In this document: positions 23,708 to 37,461 of the stretch, piece after piece
Layout of the letters: each line of letters begins with the position of its first letter
Numbering within the stretch: position 1 is the first letter of the stretch
NCBI GenBank assembly: GCA_010093605.1
Contig: MU004190.1
Span: 62,001-126,000, forward strand
Length of the DNA stretch: 64,000 nt
Source of the DNA: Lophium mytilinum
Lineage: Eukaryota
Direction: 5' to 3'
Notes under the pieces: model-generated
Database searches by the model: none
Told to the model about the DNA's origin: nothing
Seen by the model: the letters and a program-made list of their open reading frames with translations, nothing else
Translations under genes and position numbers: made by a program

Positions 23708-24295
23708 CAATTCTATTTGAACAGTCACAGCTATATTAACTATTCAATTCAAACTTCTGCCAACACTATTATGTTCCAAACCTATGCCTATCTGAGCTCT
23801 AGATTAGAGAGCAATATGTGTGCTTAACAGGGACCATTTCAGCCAATGATCGTCAATACCGGCCTGGTCTAAAAGATGCGAACAGTCATTGGCTGCATTA
23901 GCCCTCGTCCTTGCAGCTCGGGAATCGGTTGAGCTATAAACGAGGTCCGCGACCTCAATACCGCACCTCTCTCTGTTTTGCTTTGCACATACCCAGGACG
24001 GACACTGCCACGACGTTCACCCTTCACGGCCGACACGCCACGCTATCCCACACAGTTAGAACCGCAGATTTCGGTTACAACGGTAGTCAGATACCCAAGC
24101 ACACTCGTGACCCCGCAACCACATCTTTCCGCGCGCTTTTCCGCCCCTCCGCGTTGTACACAACGCGAACTTCCAAGCGGAGTCTGCGTTGTTGTTTGTA
24201 GATTTGAACTAGTAGTAGACGAAAGTGGTTTCTTCCAGATCTCACACCACCAGTTTCTCTCTCCCTCGACAATTCCTTTGAAGTATCGAGCCACC

Positions 24296-25512
24296 ATGCC
24301 CATTCAAGTCCCAAAATACGGTGACCTCCCCATAAAACCCGACGCGCCTGCAGGCTCAGCATGGGGCGTCTTCGACAAGGATGGGAAACGCGACGTCTAC
24401 GGCACGCTGAACTTCATAACGCCCGAAGCCGTCGTAGCCGCGAAATCAGAGATTCAAGTCGGAGAGTCCGTGGTGCTCAAGTACTCCACCCACTCCAGCA
24501 ATCCTTCCATAAGCTGACGTTCCGCCTCAGCCTCCCATTCCATCTCCCTCATGTGCCTTGCGGCGCTGAAATCCGCAAGAAGTCGACGCACAATGTCCTC
24601 ACCAAGAACTTTGGCATGTTCTGCCTCGACGACGAAGTGAGCTTCAACACGCAGAGCTCGAGCCAATGGGACGGATTGTGTGCGACGACTGTCCAAGTAT
24701 GCGCTTTCTCTGGCTAACGGATGATTAGTGCATTACGCGCACCAGGAGCGCCAGGAGTTCTACAACGGCGTCAAGTACGCTGATGTCGCGGAGACGCGGA
24801 CGGATGCGACGCTTGGGATACAAGGTTCGCAAGGCTCCTTTTTCTATCACACACACTCAAACATGTCCCAGTTGAGGTTGAGGTTGAGGAAGTTGGCTGA
24901 TATGCATAGCGTGGTGCGACCGCGGTGGGATCGTCGGCCGCGGCCTCCTCCTCGACTTCGTGCGCTACGCAGCTAAACACAACATCACCTACGACCCGTT
25001 GACTAATTACGCTATCACCCTTACGCAAATCAAGGAGATGATCGCAGAAGCAAAGCTAGATATCCGGCAAGGCGACATCCTTATGATCCGCAGCGGTCTC
25101 AGCAAGTGGATCCGTGCGTCCACGCCTGAGAAAGGGGATCCGTGGGTGGGCAACAAGCACATTGGCGTGGATGCCACTCCGAAGCTGATTGAGTGGGTGT
25201 GGAATCAGAATTTTGCTGCCGTGGCGGGGGATGCAGTGGCGTTTGAGGCGTGTCCGTGTCCGGATGGGAGCTGTAAGTCGAGACTGTTCGATTCTGGTGT
25301 CGGGGTTAACAGGCGCTGACCATGATGTAGTCATGCGGTTGCATCAAGCGGCATTGGCTGGATGGGGAATGCCGATCGGCGAGCTTTTTGATTTAGAGAA
25401 GTTGGCGGAGGTATGCGAAAGGGAAAAGCGGTGGAGCTTCTTCGTGACGGTGTGTCCGCTTAATGTGACTGGAGGGGTAGCTACGATGTGCAACACGTTA
25501 GCCATCTTGTAG
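24296..25512 (+). CDS. Putative cyclase / kynurenine-formamidase-like metal hydrolase (4 introns)
   Basis: AWGVF..GTLNFIT, FNTQSSSQWDGL.HY, GIVGRGLLLDF, AVAGD, GWGMPIGELFDLEKL. Confidence 0.9.
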
Positions 25513-26936
25513 TAAAGTATTCTGCTACTCTTCGATATGTGGGGAACAGAACAGATTTAGAGGAGCGATGAAAGAGATTAAGATCTCGTCCCAGACCATG
25601 ATCAACTCGTGCCACTTCTGCAGACATTACAGTGACAGGCCTTAAGTCCGGGCACACTGGTTCACCACTGCGTAGGGAACCCCCGAGGATTTGATTTCGA
25701 AGATCCGAAGGCGACGTCGAGTTTGAAGCAGTGCAGATTAGACTACCTCTTGACTGATTAGCAACTTAGCAGCCGGGCTACCCACTACAGTGGTGTCAAG
25801 TGAGCACTATTGAAGCCAAGTAGTAATAGATCTGTGTGGCCAGACGTATGGCTTAGTACTTTACAGGTTGGTCGAAGTAGCCGGTCTTGACTTCATCCTT
25901 TCAAGGACCAACGAAACGCCTTCAGATGGGGTAAGCATTACGCGGGGAATAGATCAGATCTTAGAATAATTGCAGGTATATCCCCGTTTACTCTTGAATA
26001 TGGACGGTGATCTACACTGATCTGACAAGAATAATGAGACATGACGAGAAAAGAGAAAAAGGGCATCTGAGAGTGGAGAAACTAGAGAGATGCTCTGGGA
26101 GGCATTGATTGGAAACTGGAATCAGAAAGACCAAATTTCACAGTACTGATTCTATGAAGCTAAAACTGATTACCGACTTAGAATAGTGAGCAAATGGCGC
26201 TCTCCAATGCACAGTTTTGATGATAATAGAGCGACTGAGTGTAATTACTATATGAGGCCACAAAGCCCAATCAGATGGCTGATTGAAGGCTCAATCGTCA
26301 TATCGAGATTACTTGTAGGCTCTTACGTATCTCGGCTCGGCACACGGAAAAGATACAGAATATGAAGATGCTATGACATCAATAACTAGTGGTCAGAATG
26401 GAGAGAGAGCGAACAAACAAAGAACCTGCGTCCTCATGCAGCTCCAAGGTACGACAACGCGATTTCGAAGCGCACTCGTACAGAGAGGAGCAGGCATCTG
26501 CAAACATCCTCATAACAACTTCAAGCACTGATCTGCTGTTACACATGGCGTCATGTGTTCAAGTTGAGGCCTTAGGTGGTGCAGAGGCGTATGGCGAGGC
26601 TGTCAGCACCAAAAAACAGCCAGTTATCGCGGGTGGCACTGTGCATGCGGGCGATCTGAAACGCGCATACGTTTCAGTTGGTGTGCCTTGGGCTGGTGGT
26701 GTGCAGGGCAGGTGGCTAGCAGCCGGTTGGTGGGAGGCCAGTGAAAGGAAAGGCCTGAAAGGTCGCCGTCGCGGTGTGGGGTGTGAGGTCAGCTTTGGGT
26801 TGCCGTGCCCCTCCATCATTCCACTTCCTTTCCACCATCTGCTACAGTCAACCCGGAAAGAACGATTCAGTTTGATACTCGACCAAACAGTGTGATTGAT
26901 CTCAATTGAAGGTGCTGCCAAACGCGCTGCCGATAG

Positions 26937-28180
<1,244 letters not shown>

Positions 28181-28646
28181 AGGCGGAGCTAGCCTCGTCT
28201 CATCAAGTTGGGGGTTTAAGGGTGGTTTTCGAGATTATGGCAGCAGGTGGCTTTACCACAGGCTCAAAATATGTGTTGGGTGGGTTGGGATGGTTTGGCT
28301 GCGGATGAGGAGCTTGGATTACCCTGGGATTGGGGGACGGTGACCACGGTTCCGATGAATGGATGAGAATGATATCAACTGCACTGAATAGAGGCAACAC
28401 TATAGTCTCCTCATCATACCTGCTCCAGTTTATTACTAGTGAAACTACTGCGAGGGGGGGGGGGGGGAATCCCGTGACTTAGACCTCCATCGGATGTCCT
28501 TGCCATTCCCCTCACAACCTTGGAAGGAATCAATAACCTGGAGCTGTACAACACGACATGCTTTTCTTGTCCGCCCAATCCGCAATGAGGAGTCCGCTGC
28601 CATCCAGCCTCCTCAACCGCCACCACCGCCTCGACGCCATCTAGCA

Positions 28647-30906
28647 ATGGCTGAAGACCGTCAGCGCAGCATGTCACTCGTCCCATACGTCCCCGCCGAG
28701 TCGCGCGAGGTCGTCCTGTCAGTATTGCCATCGCGATGCGCTTCGATCACTAACATTATAGAGTCGCCACGGATCCGCCGTCGTGGTCTTTGACCAGCAC
28801 TCCAAACAGCTCTCCCTCCGCGCCGCCTCGTCCACCTCCGTCGAGCCCACTTCGTGTCCCTACTGCCACCGCCCGCTGCGCGATCCCTCTGCCCACGATC
28901 CTGATATCGATGACCACCTGCCCCCCTCGAACCTCGAAACTGAGCATGGCTTCGTCAATCCAGCATACTTTGGCATGCTGCGCCGCAGCCAGCCCGGGTC
29001 CACCGAGCCCTCGCGCCCTTCGTCGCCCACCAAGCGCTTGCGCCAGATACCTTTGCCCGGCCGAGAGAGCAGTGGGAGTGCTAGTGCTGATATAGAGATG
29101 CATGCGCCGCCAGGAACGGAATTCGTGGAGAGCTCGCCTGCCATGCCATCGCGTGAAGGGGGCATCTCGGCCAAGGCATTCAGTCCTAACTACTTCAAGG
29201 ACTTCTTCGTGGAAGAGAGGGAGCTTGGGAGGGGCGGGAAGGGGGTCGTGCTGCTTGTGAGGCATCTGCTGGATGGGGTGCCGTTGGGCCAGTTTGCGTG
29301 CAAGAGGGTGCCGGTTGGGGATGATCACGAGTGGCTGGAGAAGGTCTTGATTGAAGTGCAGTTGCTACAGAATCTCCAGCACCAGAATCTGGTATGTTGA
29401 AAACCTTGAGCCGGCCAGCGGTTTTCAGTAGGCCACGCGCTGAGCAAAGCACTTCAAACTAACATCAAGCAGGTGTCGTACCGCCACGTCTGGCTCGAGG
29501 ACTACCAAATCTCAAACTTTGGACCCAGCGTTCCATGTGCCTTCATCCTACAGCAATATTGCAATTCCGGCGATCTACATCACTACGTGTTGGGAGGCTC
29601 GATGGGTAGAAATGAAATGACTCCTCAAGAATTAAAGGCACGGTTGCGTCGCCGATCAAAAGGTCAACTGGACGTACCCCATGAGTTAGGTGGACCGCGG
29701 CGAATGCATTTCGAGGAGATCCTGTCGTTCTTCAAAGACATCACCTCTGGTCTCAATCACCTCCACGCGCACGGCTACATCCATCGGGACCTGAAGCCCA
29801 GCAATTGTCTTCTACATGACGATGGCAAGCGGCTAACGGTCTTGGTGAGTGACTTTGGAGAAGTTCAGGTAGCCAATGCTACACGCAAGTCTACTGGAGC
29901 GACTGGCACCATATCATACTGCGCTCCTGAAGTCCTCCGGCGCCAAACTCCCAATGGGCCTCTGGGCAATTTCTCCACCAAATCCGACATCTTTTCTCTA
30001 GGGATGATCGTCTATTTCATGTGTTTTGGCCGCCTGCCGTACATCAATGCAGACGGTATCGACGAAGACAACGAGGACCTCGAATTACTCCGAGAAGAGA
30101 TTATGGGCTGGGCCGGCTTCAACGACGAACAACGTGCCAGACCCGATCTCCCCGATATCCTTTACCGCCCTCTCCGAAGGCTCCTCTCCCTCGATCCGGC
30201 GGAGCGCCCTGGCACGGAAGAGATCCTCCAAGTCTTCAAATCACCATCTAAATTCGATGAAATGAGCGGATATGCTGCACCCTCTGGCCTGGAAGAGCTT
30301 GGCTCCCGCATCTCTCGCGCCGACACCCCATCACCAGCTCCATCGAAGCATGCACGGAAGCCCTCGAAAGCGACTTTTGTTCGCCCGGGTGCATCAAAGC
30401 TTTCCGCCTCTCTCGAGCCTTCCCGTTCTCCTAGCCCAGCCGGGCGTACCACATTCTCTTCATCTCCGAGCGCTACACCACCCGAATCCTCAGTGATGCT
30501 GCGTCCGCGGAAGTCGGTGCCAGATGTTATAGCTCTCCCCCAACCTCGCTCACTCTCCCGACCTACGTCTCCCCGCCTGATGCTACCCCCTCCGCCACCC
30601 CGTACTCTCGCCGATCGCCTACACCACGCCCTCTCGCACCCGAGTCTCCTCGCACTCCTCAAGATCATGTTATTTGTGAGCAAACTAGTAAGTCTGAGTA
30701 GTCCGTGCTTTCCGCTCGCGCCGAACCCGAAAGTCGCATGGCCGCTCCTTTGTCTGGCGCTTCTCGACTTTGGGATTGGTGTTGATGAAGCTGGGGCGGG
30801 GTATTGGAGTAGTGTGGTGCTGGCAGCGGTACATATCGCTGCTGTACTGGGAGTGGTGAAGTGGGGAGGCGGCTTGTGTGTGAGTCCGAGATGGAGTGAT
30901 TTGTGA
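28647..30906 (+). CDS. IKS1: IKS1-like Ser/Thr protein kinase with C-terminal hydrophobic segments
   Basis: LGRGGKG, FACKRVPVGDDHEWL, HRDLKPSN, DFG, GTISYCAPE; N-terminal CPYC. Confidence 0.88.
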
Positions 30907-31533
30907 ATATTCCATAGTGGAGTGAGTAGATCTTAAGGCGTTTCGGCGGTATGAGAAAGCATGTGGGCTTTTCCCTGGTAGGTCTGCACGCTGGCGTCGT
31001 GCCGGAAGATCTTAGATGGTAGGCTTTTGTCGTGATAGCAACCTGTCTCCATCAATAACTTTCCCTTTATCACAGCCTCGCCGCGCTTGGTTTGATACCC
31101 GCTGTATAAGCTAATCGCATGCAAGTGCAAACCTGCTTAGCCCTCGTAAACGCATGGCAGCGAGTTACGTCCGTTTGATGAACTTTTTACAAAATTAAAT
31201 GGACCCGACTATGCTTTGTCGAGTTTGTTTAAGGCTAGCCGCCTCAAGCTTATATACATATAGATGACCCATATTGATACTCACGACTACAACAAAAAAA
31301 AGCCTGCTAGGACCCGCCGACTCGTGCCGCGTGATGCTCAGTTTGGGGGAGGTTCTGAGGAACAGGCGCTGCAACCAGAATGTCCACAATCGAAGCAGTG
31401 TGGAGTAGATTTGATTGATTGAGGTCCTGCGCCACAATTACACTACTTCCTTGTTCGTAAATCGGGTCTCGTAAAGCAAGTGGTCTAACGTACACAGTAG
31501 TAGTACCAATCCTTTGAACCACCCACAAGCAAA

Positions 31534-31643
31534 GAAGGTGGAGATGCGAAATTTTGGCCAACACACTCGACTCTTTCATAGTGAGGAGGCGGAGATGCGA
31601 AGTTTTGGCCCACACACTCCACTCCTTCACATCGAGGAGGCGG
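31534..31643. repeat. Tandem repeat, 51-bp unit, about 2.2 copies
   Basis: GGAGATGCGAARTTTTGGCCMACACACTC recurs; unit starts at 31534, 31585 and (partial) 31636. Confidence 0.85.
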
Positions 31644-32153
31644 GTTGAGAGCTTCACGAGTGATCAATTTAACCACCAACCCTGCACACAACTCGTAAAT
31701 ATACGGGACGACACGCAGGCCGGCATGGCGCCAGCTGGCTTTGGAACGCTCACGCGAGCGCGCATCGCTGTTTGAAAGGTATTCTGACATGGGATGGAAT
31801 ATGGTCAGTGATGCGATCGATTGAAACCGTGGATATCACTTGTTTCCGTTTATGCGGGGTGGTAATAAGGCTGAACTTGACAGCTCCCGGGTGGTCGAGA
31901 GCTGGTTATAAGGAATGTGGATGATCAATCATGCAAGGCCACATGCTCAAGTACTAGGATATGGTAAACACTGGCGTGACTGGTTTCTAATAGGATGCCC
32001 TACCTCGGAGGAGGATCTCAGCCTTGCTGCGTCGCCGTCCAATCCATCATAAGGCGTTTGTGTGTCACGTTCCGTTCACGTTACTTTGTAGGACATAGTG
32101 GGTTCGCAAGGGTTACACGGTGGGCCTCTTATCTTCATATCATTTCCCCCTAA

Positions 32154-32443
32154 CTAAGTCCAGTTCGGACTATAAATCAGGCTGAGTGTGTATAGTTGGC
32201 CGTTATGAAATTGATCAGTGCACGCACTGCACCCAAAATGCCCGCAGGAAATGCAAGTTGGTTGCAGGGAAATGTTCATAGGTCCATGCTTACAGGAACA
32301 CCATATCTCGGTCAGTAATAGTATTTGTTTGAGTAGGCTCGCCGGGTTGTATCCTGGTAACTTACGCAATGCCATTCGCCCGGTGCATGGGATGTTGGAT
32401 TAAAAGGCGAAGGCAAAAGTAGCAACCGTACTCCTTTTATCAT
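32154..32443 (-). CDS. Small Cys/His-rich putative zinc-binding protein (possibly degenerate)
   Basis: CSCKHGPMNISLQPTCISCGHFGCSAC; upstream GEWHC is followed by a GTAAGT donor. Confidence 0.45.
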
Positions 32444-32952
32444 CGAATCGTTTGCGCAGCAACTTTGAAGTACTACGGTGAGTCCACCATGATCATCGTA
32501 CTGTTGGTTGGCAGGTGCGTGGGATATATAACGCTCCACAATCCGATCTTGTGCGCAACGAACTGGGTTTAGTCAGAAAGACTAAAGAGCAAGAGCCGGT
32601 GCTACTTACATTCGTTCATCTCGGCCTAGAAATTAAATCAGCGTCGTAGTTTTGTGGTGATCGTGTAATCCTTCAACCTCTGTCAAAAAAAACGCGGGCT
32701 GCGTACTCGTATTTTGGTCTGCCTGAGGCCATATGCAAGGCCACGTAGCATGCAAGGCTGCAAGGATCGCCGTAAGCCTCGTGGCCTGGTTGGTTAATCG
32801 GCGTTGCACAGAGTGCAAGGCGGATTTCAGCCTTGTTGCCTTCGTGCGAACTTAACCATAGATCTGGCGCTCGCGCATCACTTTCTCAAAAGGCACTGCT
32901 GAAGCTCTACAAGCCAAGAAACTCTTCACTGGTCTCCGAGTCTCCGTATAGA

Positions 32953-34979
32953 ATGGCCGAGGTCGTCGCAGTAACTGGAGGAATCGCATCCATCGCCCAG
33001 ATCCTTGTTTACACCGTCAAGACTGTGAAGGTAATCACAGACTTTTGCGACGATCTACGAGATGCGCCAACCGAATTCAGTCGTATCAAGTATCGAATCA
33101 TACTGCTCCAAAGCATCTTATCATCTATCCACGACGCTCTCAACGCAAGTGTCGATGATGGACTTCTGCCGCCACAGCTGCGACGCATAACATTAGACGC
33201 TATCCGATCGGTGTACGACAGCATCATTAATCTGCAACGAAAGTGTCTCATCAGTGAGATGACCAACGAGAAGACTCTCAAGAATCGATTTAAGTGGGTG
33301 ATGTTAGAGAGTCGCTCGGCGGAGAAACTGCTCACACAGCTTCGTGATGCAGAAGGGACTCTCAGTACTTCAATGCAATTGCTCACATGGTAGGGAGAAT
33401 AGCTTTACAGGCATTTAATAACCCGAGGCTGACTTAGAAATAGTCGTAATACTATGCTCAACTGTATCTTCACCCGCCAGATCACGGAAAATCTTAGATC
33501 GAGCCAAATTCGCGTTGACTGTCCAAGTGAGCACGCATCGGATAGCCTGCATACTCAGACAAGTAGCGTCACTCATTCGAAAATACCACCAAGCCGCATT
33601 CGATCATCCCCATTGCTTCTATCTTCTTCTATCATACCCGTTCTATATGAGGTCAAATGGCTGAGACGATTTGGATTTTACGCTTCCATAACCTCGAAGT
33701 CAATCCAGGATGGCCACCGCACAAGCAAGTTGCATCTGGAGTACAAGTTTCCAGCTTGGATTTGCGCATATATTCTCTCATATGAAGCGACAATCACGTT
33801 ACCGCGGTGCCTGACTATTCAAACTCAGGTGCCAGAAGATTCTCCCTTCATGTTGGCGTGCAGTCAAGGCGATATTGCACTCATAAGGCAGCATTTGAGC
33901 GAACGTCCGGATCTCTTACATTGCCGTACTGCTCAGCTAGGCAAGACCCCACTTCTGGTTCGTGCATGATCGGATACGTTCCCCTGCGCCTTAAGTATCT
34001 CACCTCGAATTAGCTTGCTATTGGATCGCAAAATGTGGAAGCAGTGACATTACTACTCAACGAAGGCGTGAACCCAAACATGGGCGACGACTCACGCGTG
34101 TAAGTTTTCTTACTTAGGTTGAAGTGTTTCGCTGATAGTATAAGCAGCCTTCCCGTGTTCGCCGCTCTTGGATACAAAAGTCTCATCGAGCGAAAAGTGA
34201 GAAAAGGCGCTCCGTGCGGTCCTTGCAACACAGACTTCATCGACATCATTAGGGTCCTTGTTCAACATAACGCGTCTGTCCACGAAGTAATCGACGGCAA
34301 GACCTTGACAATGCTATACATCGCCCCTGAACGGTATCCGCATGGTACCACAACAGATTTCTTCGGGATCCTCATCTCAGAGAGCTATGTTGACTTCGAT
34401 TACGCGGATGAAAGAGGCATGTCTGCATTGTTCAATGCAGTAGGAAGTGGGGAATGCGGGGCTGCGGCACTGCGAGTTCTTTCCCAAGTCGGTGTTCAAA
34501 TGGAGCGCATCTTACCAGACGGGAGAACTCTCCTACACCTAGCAGCTGAGTTGGCAGATAGTGCAAAGATTCTCCAACACGTCTACGAGACATATGGCGT
34601 CCAAGAGGTGAATAGACAGGACAAGTATGGCTGGACGCCTTTGCACTACAGCCTCACTTCACGTTCACATCGGTTCGGGAATGGTGCATGTTGGAAGGTT
34701 CGATATCTCATGGAGAAAGGAGCAGATCCTTGCATTCAAGGAGTGGGTTTGGTCTTCTGTCAAATGGGCCTACCTTTCAACGGGACTGCGAGAGACGCAT
34801 ACGAACTCAGCAGCGCATTGGGCCCGGAGCTGCATGCCAAGTTCCTCGAAGCCTTACAAGGAACCGGAAGCGCAGTAGTTGACGACTCGGATACTGAAGT
34901 CTTTGAGGACGCAGAGGAAACACTGGAACAGGCTACTATATGCACACGCGGAACTCTGAGTTTAGGGAGATGGAGTTGA
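32953..34979 (+). CDS. HeLo-like (fungal STAND N-terminal) domain plus ankyrin-repeat protein, 3 introns
   Basis: MAEVVAVTGGIASIAQI..LRDAPTEF..RFKWV N-terminus; ankyrin motifs GKTPL, GRTLLHLAA, DKYGWTPLHY, KGADP. Confidence 0.75.
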
Positions 34980-35295
34980 GATTCGCCGTAGAGTCAACCT
35001 TAGAATGCTATACCATACAGAGAAAAGAGGATAAATCTGTGAACACGCGGACACTATCTCTGAGCAAACAGACCCGAGAAAAAATAAACCGTCCATATGC
35101 CACACATCTAAACACTATTTCATGCCGCTAAATGCGCTCCAAATTTCGTCCGCAAAAGCAACAGCTCCTTAGAACGCTTTTGTGTGCACCTTATTCACCG
35201 GCTAAAGCACCTCAACTACCCCAAACCCCACCTCCACCATCGCGGTTGAGACCAGCCTTCGTCTTTCGACTGTCTCGTTCAACGCAAGCGCAAGA

Positions 35296-36110
35296 TAGTA
35301 GGCTATAGAGAGACTGATTCCTCTAGCTCCTAGATTTACGGTATCTTCTCAAAGACCGTGGTACTCTCCAACATCTAGTATCATTTCTTGCGACGGAACC
35401 ACGTCCTGGTTATAGAAAGATAGAAAGGGAGGCAAGACAAGGCCTATCTTAAAAGGCGTAAAACAAATATTATTATTAAAAGGCTTAATTAAGTAGGAGC
35501 CTAGGAATACATACCTAATATTTAAGCTCACAGCCTCTAAGGTATATAGCAAGCACTAGGTGTAATCTTCCCTTATAAATTAGAAGTTGCTCTAGTTAAG
35601 CGTAAATTGCCTCTCTTTACCTTAAAGACCTATAATTAGGATGTTATAGTAAGGAGCTAACTCTTTATTTAACTGCTATCCTAGCGGGAGCATCGACGCC
35701 GGGACATTAGTATAGTATAGTTTAGTAGTTTATGCTTCTCTAGATCTTTTAGATAGTGTAAAGTTACTTGCGTAGATAGAGCCCGCCTCGAGGAGCGGGA
35801 CAGGGCATGATAAAAGCGAGAGGTAATAATCCTAGGCTGGCGGCGTAAGGAAAGAAATAATCTGTTTTTCTTGGATTTAGGAGATAGTAATGGCAACAGC
35901 GGATATTTCGGCATATGGCGGAATAGATATGCGGGCATCCTATATAAATATACCTATCGCGCCTCTTCAGGTGCTTATAGATATACTTGATAATCCTTTG
36001 TAAGTCTGCTAAGAGATAAAAGGTCGGAAAAGGTAACTTTACAGCGATCTAGACGTGTATGCTAAGTTACAAGGTAGATTACAGCATGTTAGAGCGTCAC
36101 TAGACCATAG
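35296..36110. mobile_element. AT/TpA-rich relic, probably a RIP-mutated repeat (boundaries approximate)
   Basis: Abrupt enrichment of TA/TAG/TAA and scarcity of CA/TG relative to flanks; no intact long ORF. Confidence 0.5.
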
Positions 36111-36197
36111 AAATAGACCGGAGATAACCCGACTGCATGTGTCTACGAAGTAGACTGCCAGTGCTCTGGTGGAATAATAGAAACTCGATCAAAATTC

Positions 36198-37461
36198 CTA
36201 TTCTTTCTTACTAAGGTTGTTGCGGTTCGGGGTTACAAGAATCTTGATATGGTCGTCTTTGTTTTTGATTAGTTCAGCAAATCCCTTCTCCGGTACGTCA
36301 TCGAGATGAATCCGACTGGTTACCATCGTTTCAACTCCCTTGAACTTTCCTAGAGAGGCATTAGCTATCTTAACTCATATTTCTGTGGTGTTAGCTCGAT
36401 GTCTAGGATCTAGAAGACGTACCATCTACAAAAGCCTCAACCGTCTCCCTAAAATCTCGATCATCATACGCTAGAGACCCTCTCACCATGATTTCCTTGA
36501 ACATCAAGTCCAATTGCGGAACTACTATCTAAGAACAATCAGAATCGGTTTCTCCAATGCCGCGAAAGAAAACTCACCGGCTTCTCCCACCCCGCAACGT
36601 TCACATACACCCCCTGGTGCCTTAATGCTGCCATGCCTTCATTCATTCCCGCTTGAATGCCGGCGCAATCAAATACATATCCCACGCCTTCTCCACCAGT
36701 CTTTTCAAGACACTTCTCTGCAACCTTCTCTTTTATCGGATCGAACACCGCGTCCGCGAGCTTTGCATTCTGCTTCGCGCGCTTTACCGTTGGTTCCGAC
36801 ACAAACACCTGCTTTGCCCCTTTCGCCCTGAGCACAAGCAGTACTGCGATCCCCACTGGTCCACCTCCCAAGATCAGTACAGACTCGCTGCTGAAATCAT
36901 CTTTACCAGAACCGCGCACCGCATGCCACGCTACTGCCAGCGGCTCAATCAAGGCCGCCAGATCTAGAGATGAATCTGGGAGGGCGTAGCACATGCTTGC
37001 ATCTACGGTAATGGACTCGGAAAACCCCCCGCCGTTGCCTGAGAGCCCGTGGAAGCCCCAGCTGTAGCAGGTGTTAGTGGCCTGGGAGGAACACCGGGTG
37101 CATGAGCTACAGTAGAGGCGTGGGTCGACCATAACGGCTTGGCCGGGCTTCAAAGTGGAGTTCGGAGGGGCGGAGACAACGCGGCCGCAGAATTCGTGGC
37201 CCATGGTTATGGGAAGGACCTCGTTGGTGAGCGGATGCGGTTTCGCACTTGGAATTGCCATCGGACCTGTGAGGAAGCATGTTAGTATCTGAGGACTAAG
37301 ACGTACGACTTTAGTCACTCACCCATGATATACTCATGGAGATCGCTACCGCATATCCCGCACCATTCAATGTCGATTAAAACTTCATTGTCTTTGGGTT
37401 CCGGTTTGGGGACATCCGTGACTCGGATGTCTTCCTTTGCAAAGAACTGTGCCGCTTTCAT
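36198..37461 (-). CDS. Zn-dependent medium-chain dehydrogenase, 2,3-butanediol dehydrogenase-like (3 introns)
   Basis: WCGICGSDLHEY, MGHEFCG, CSSCTRC..C structural Zn site, EPLAVAWH, GGGPVG. Confidence 0.92.

Noticed and set aside
28454..28467. Poly-G run upstream of the kinase
   Set aside because: Simple homopolymer with no further support for function
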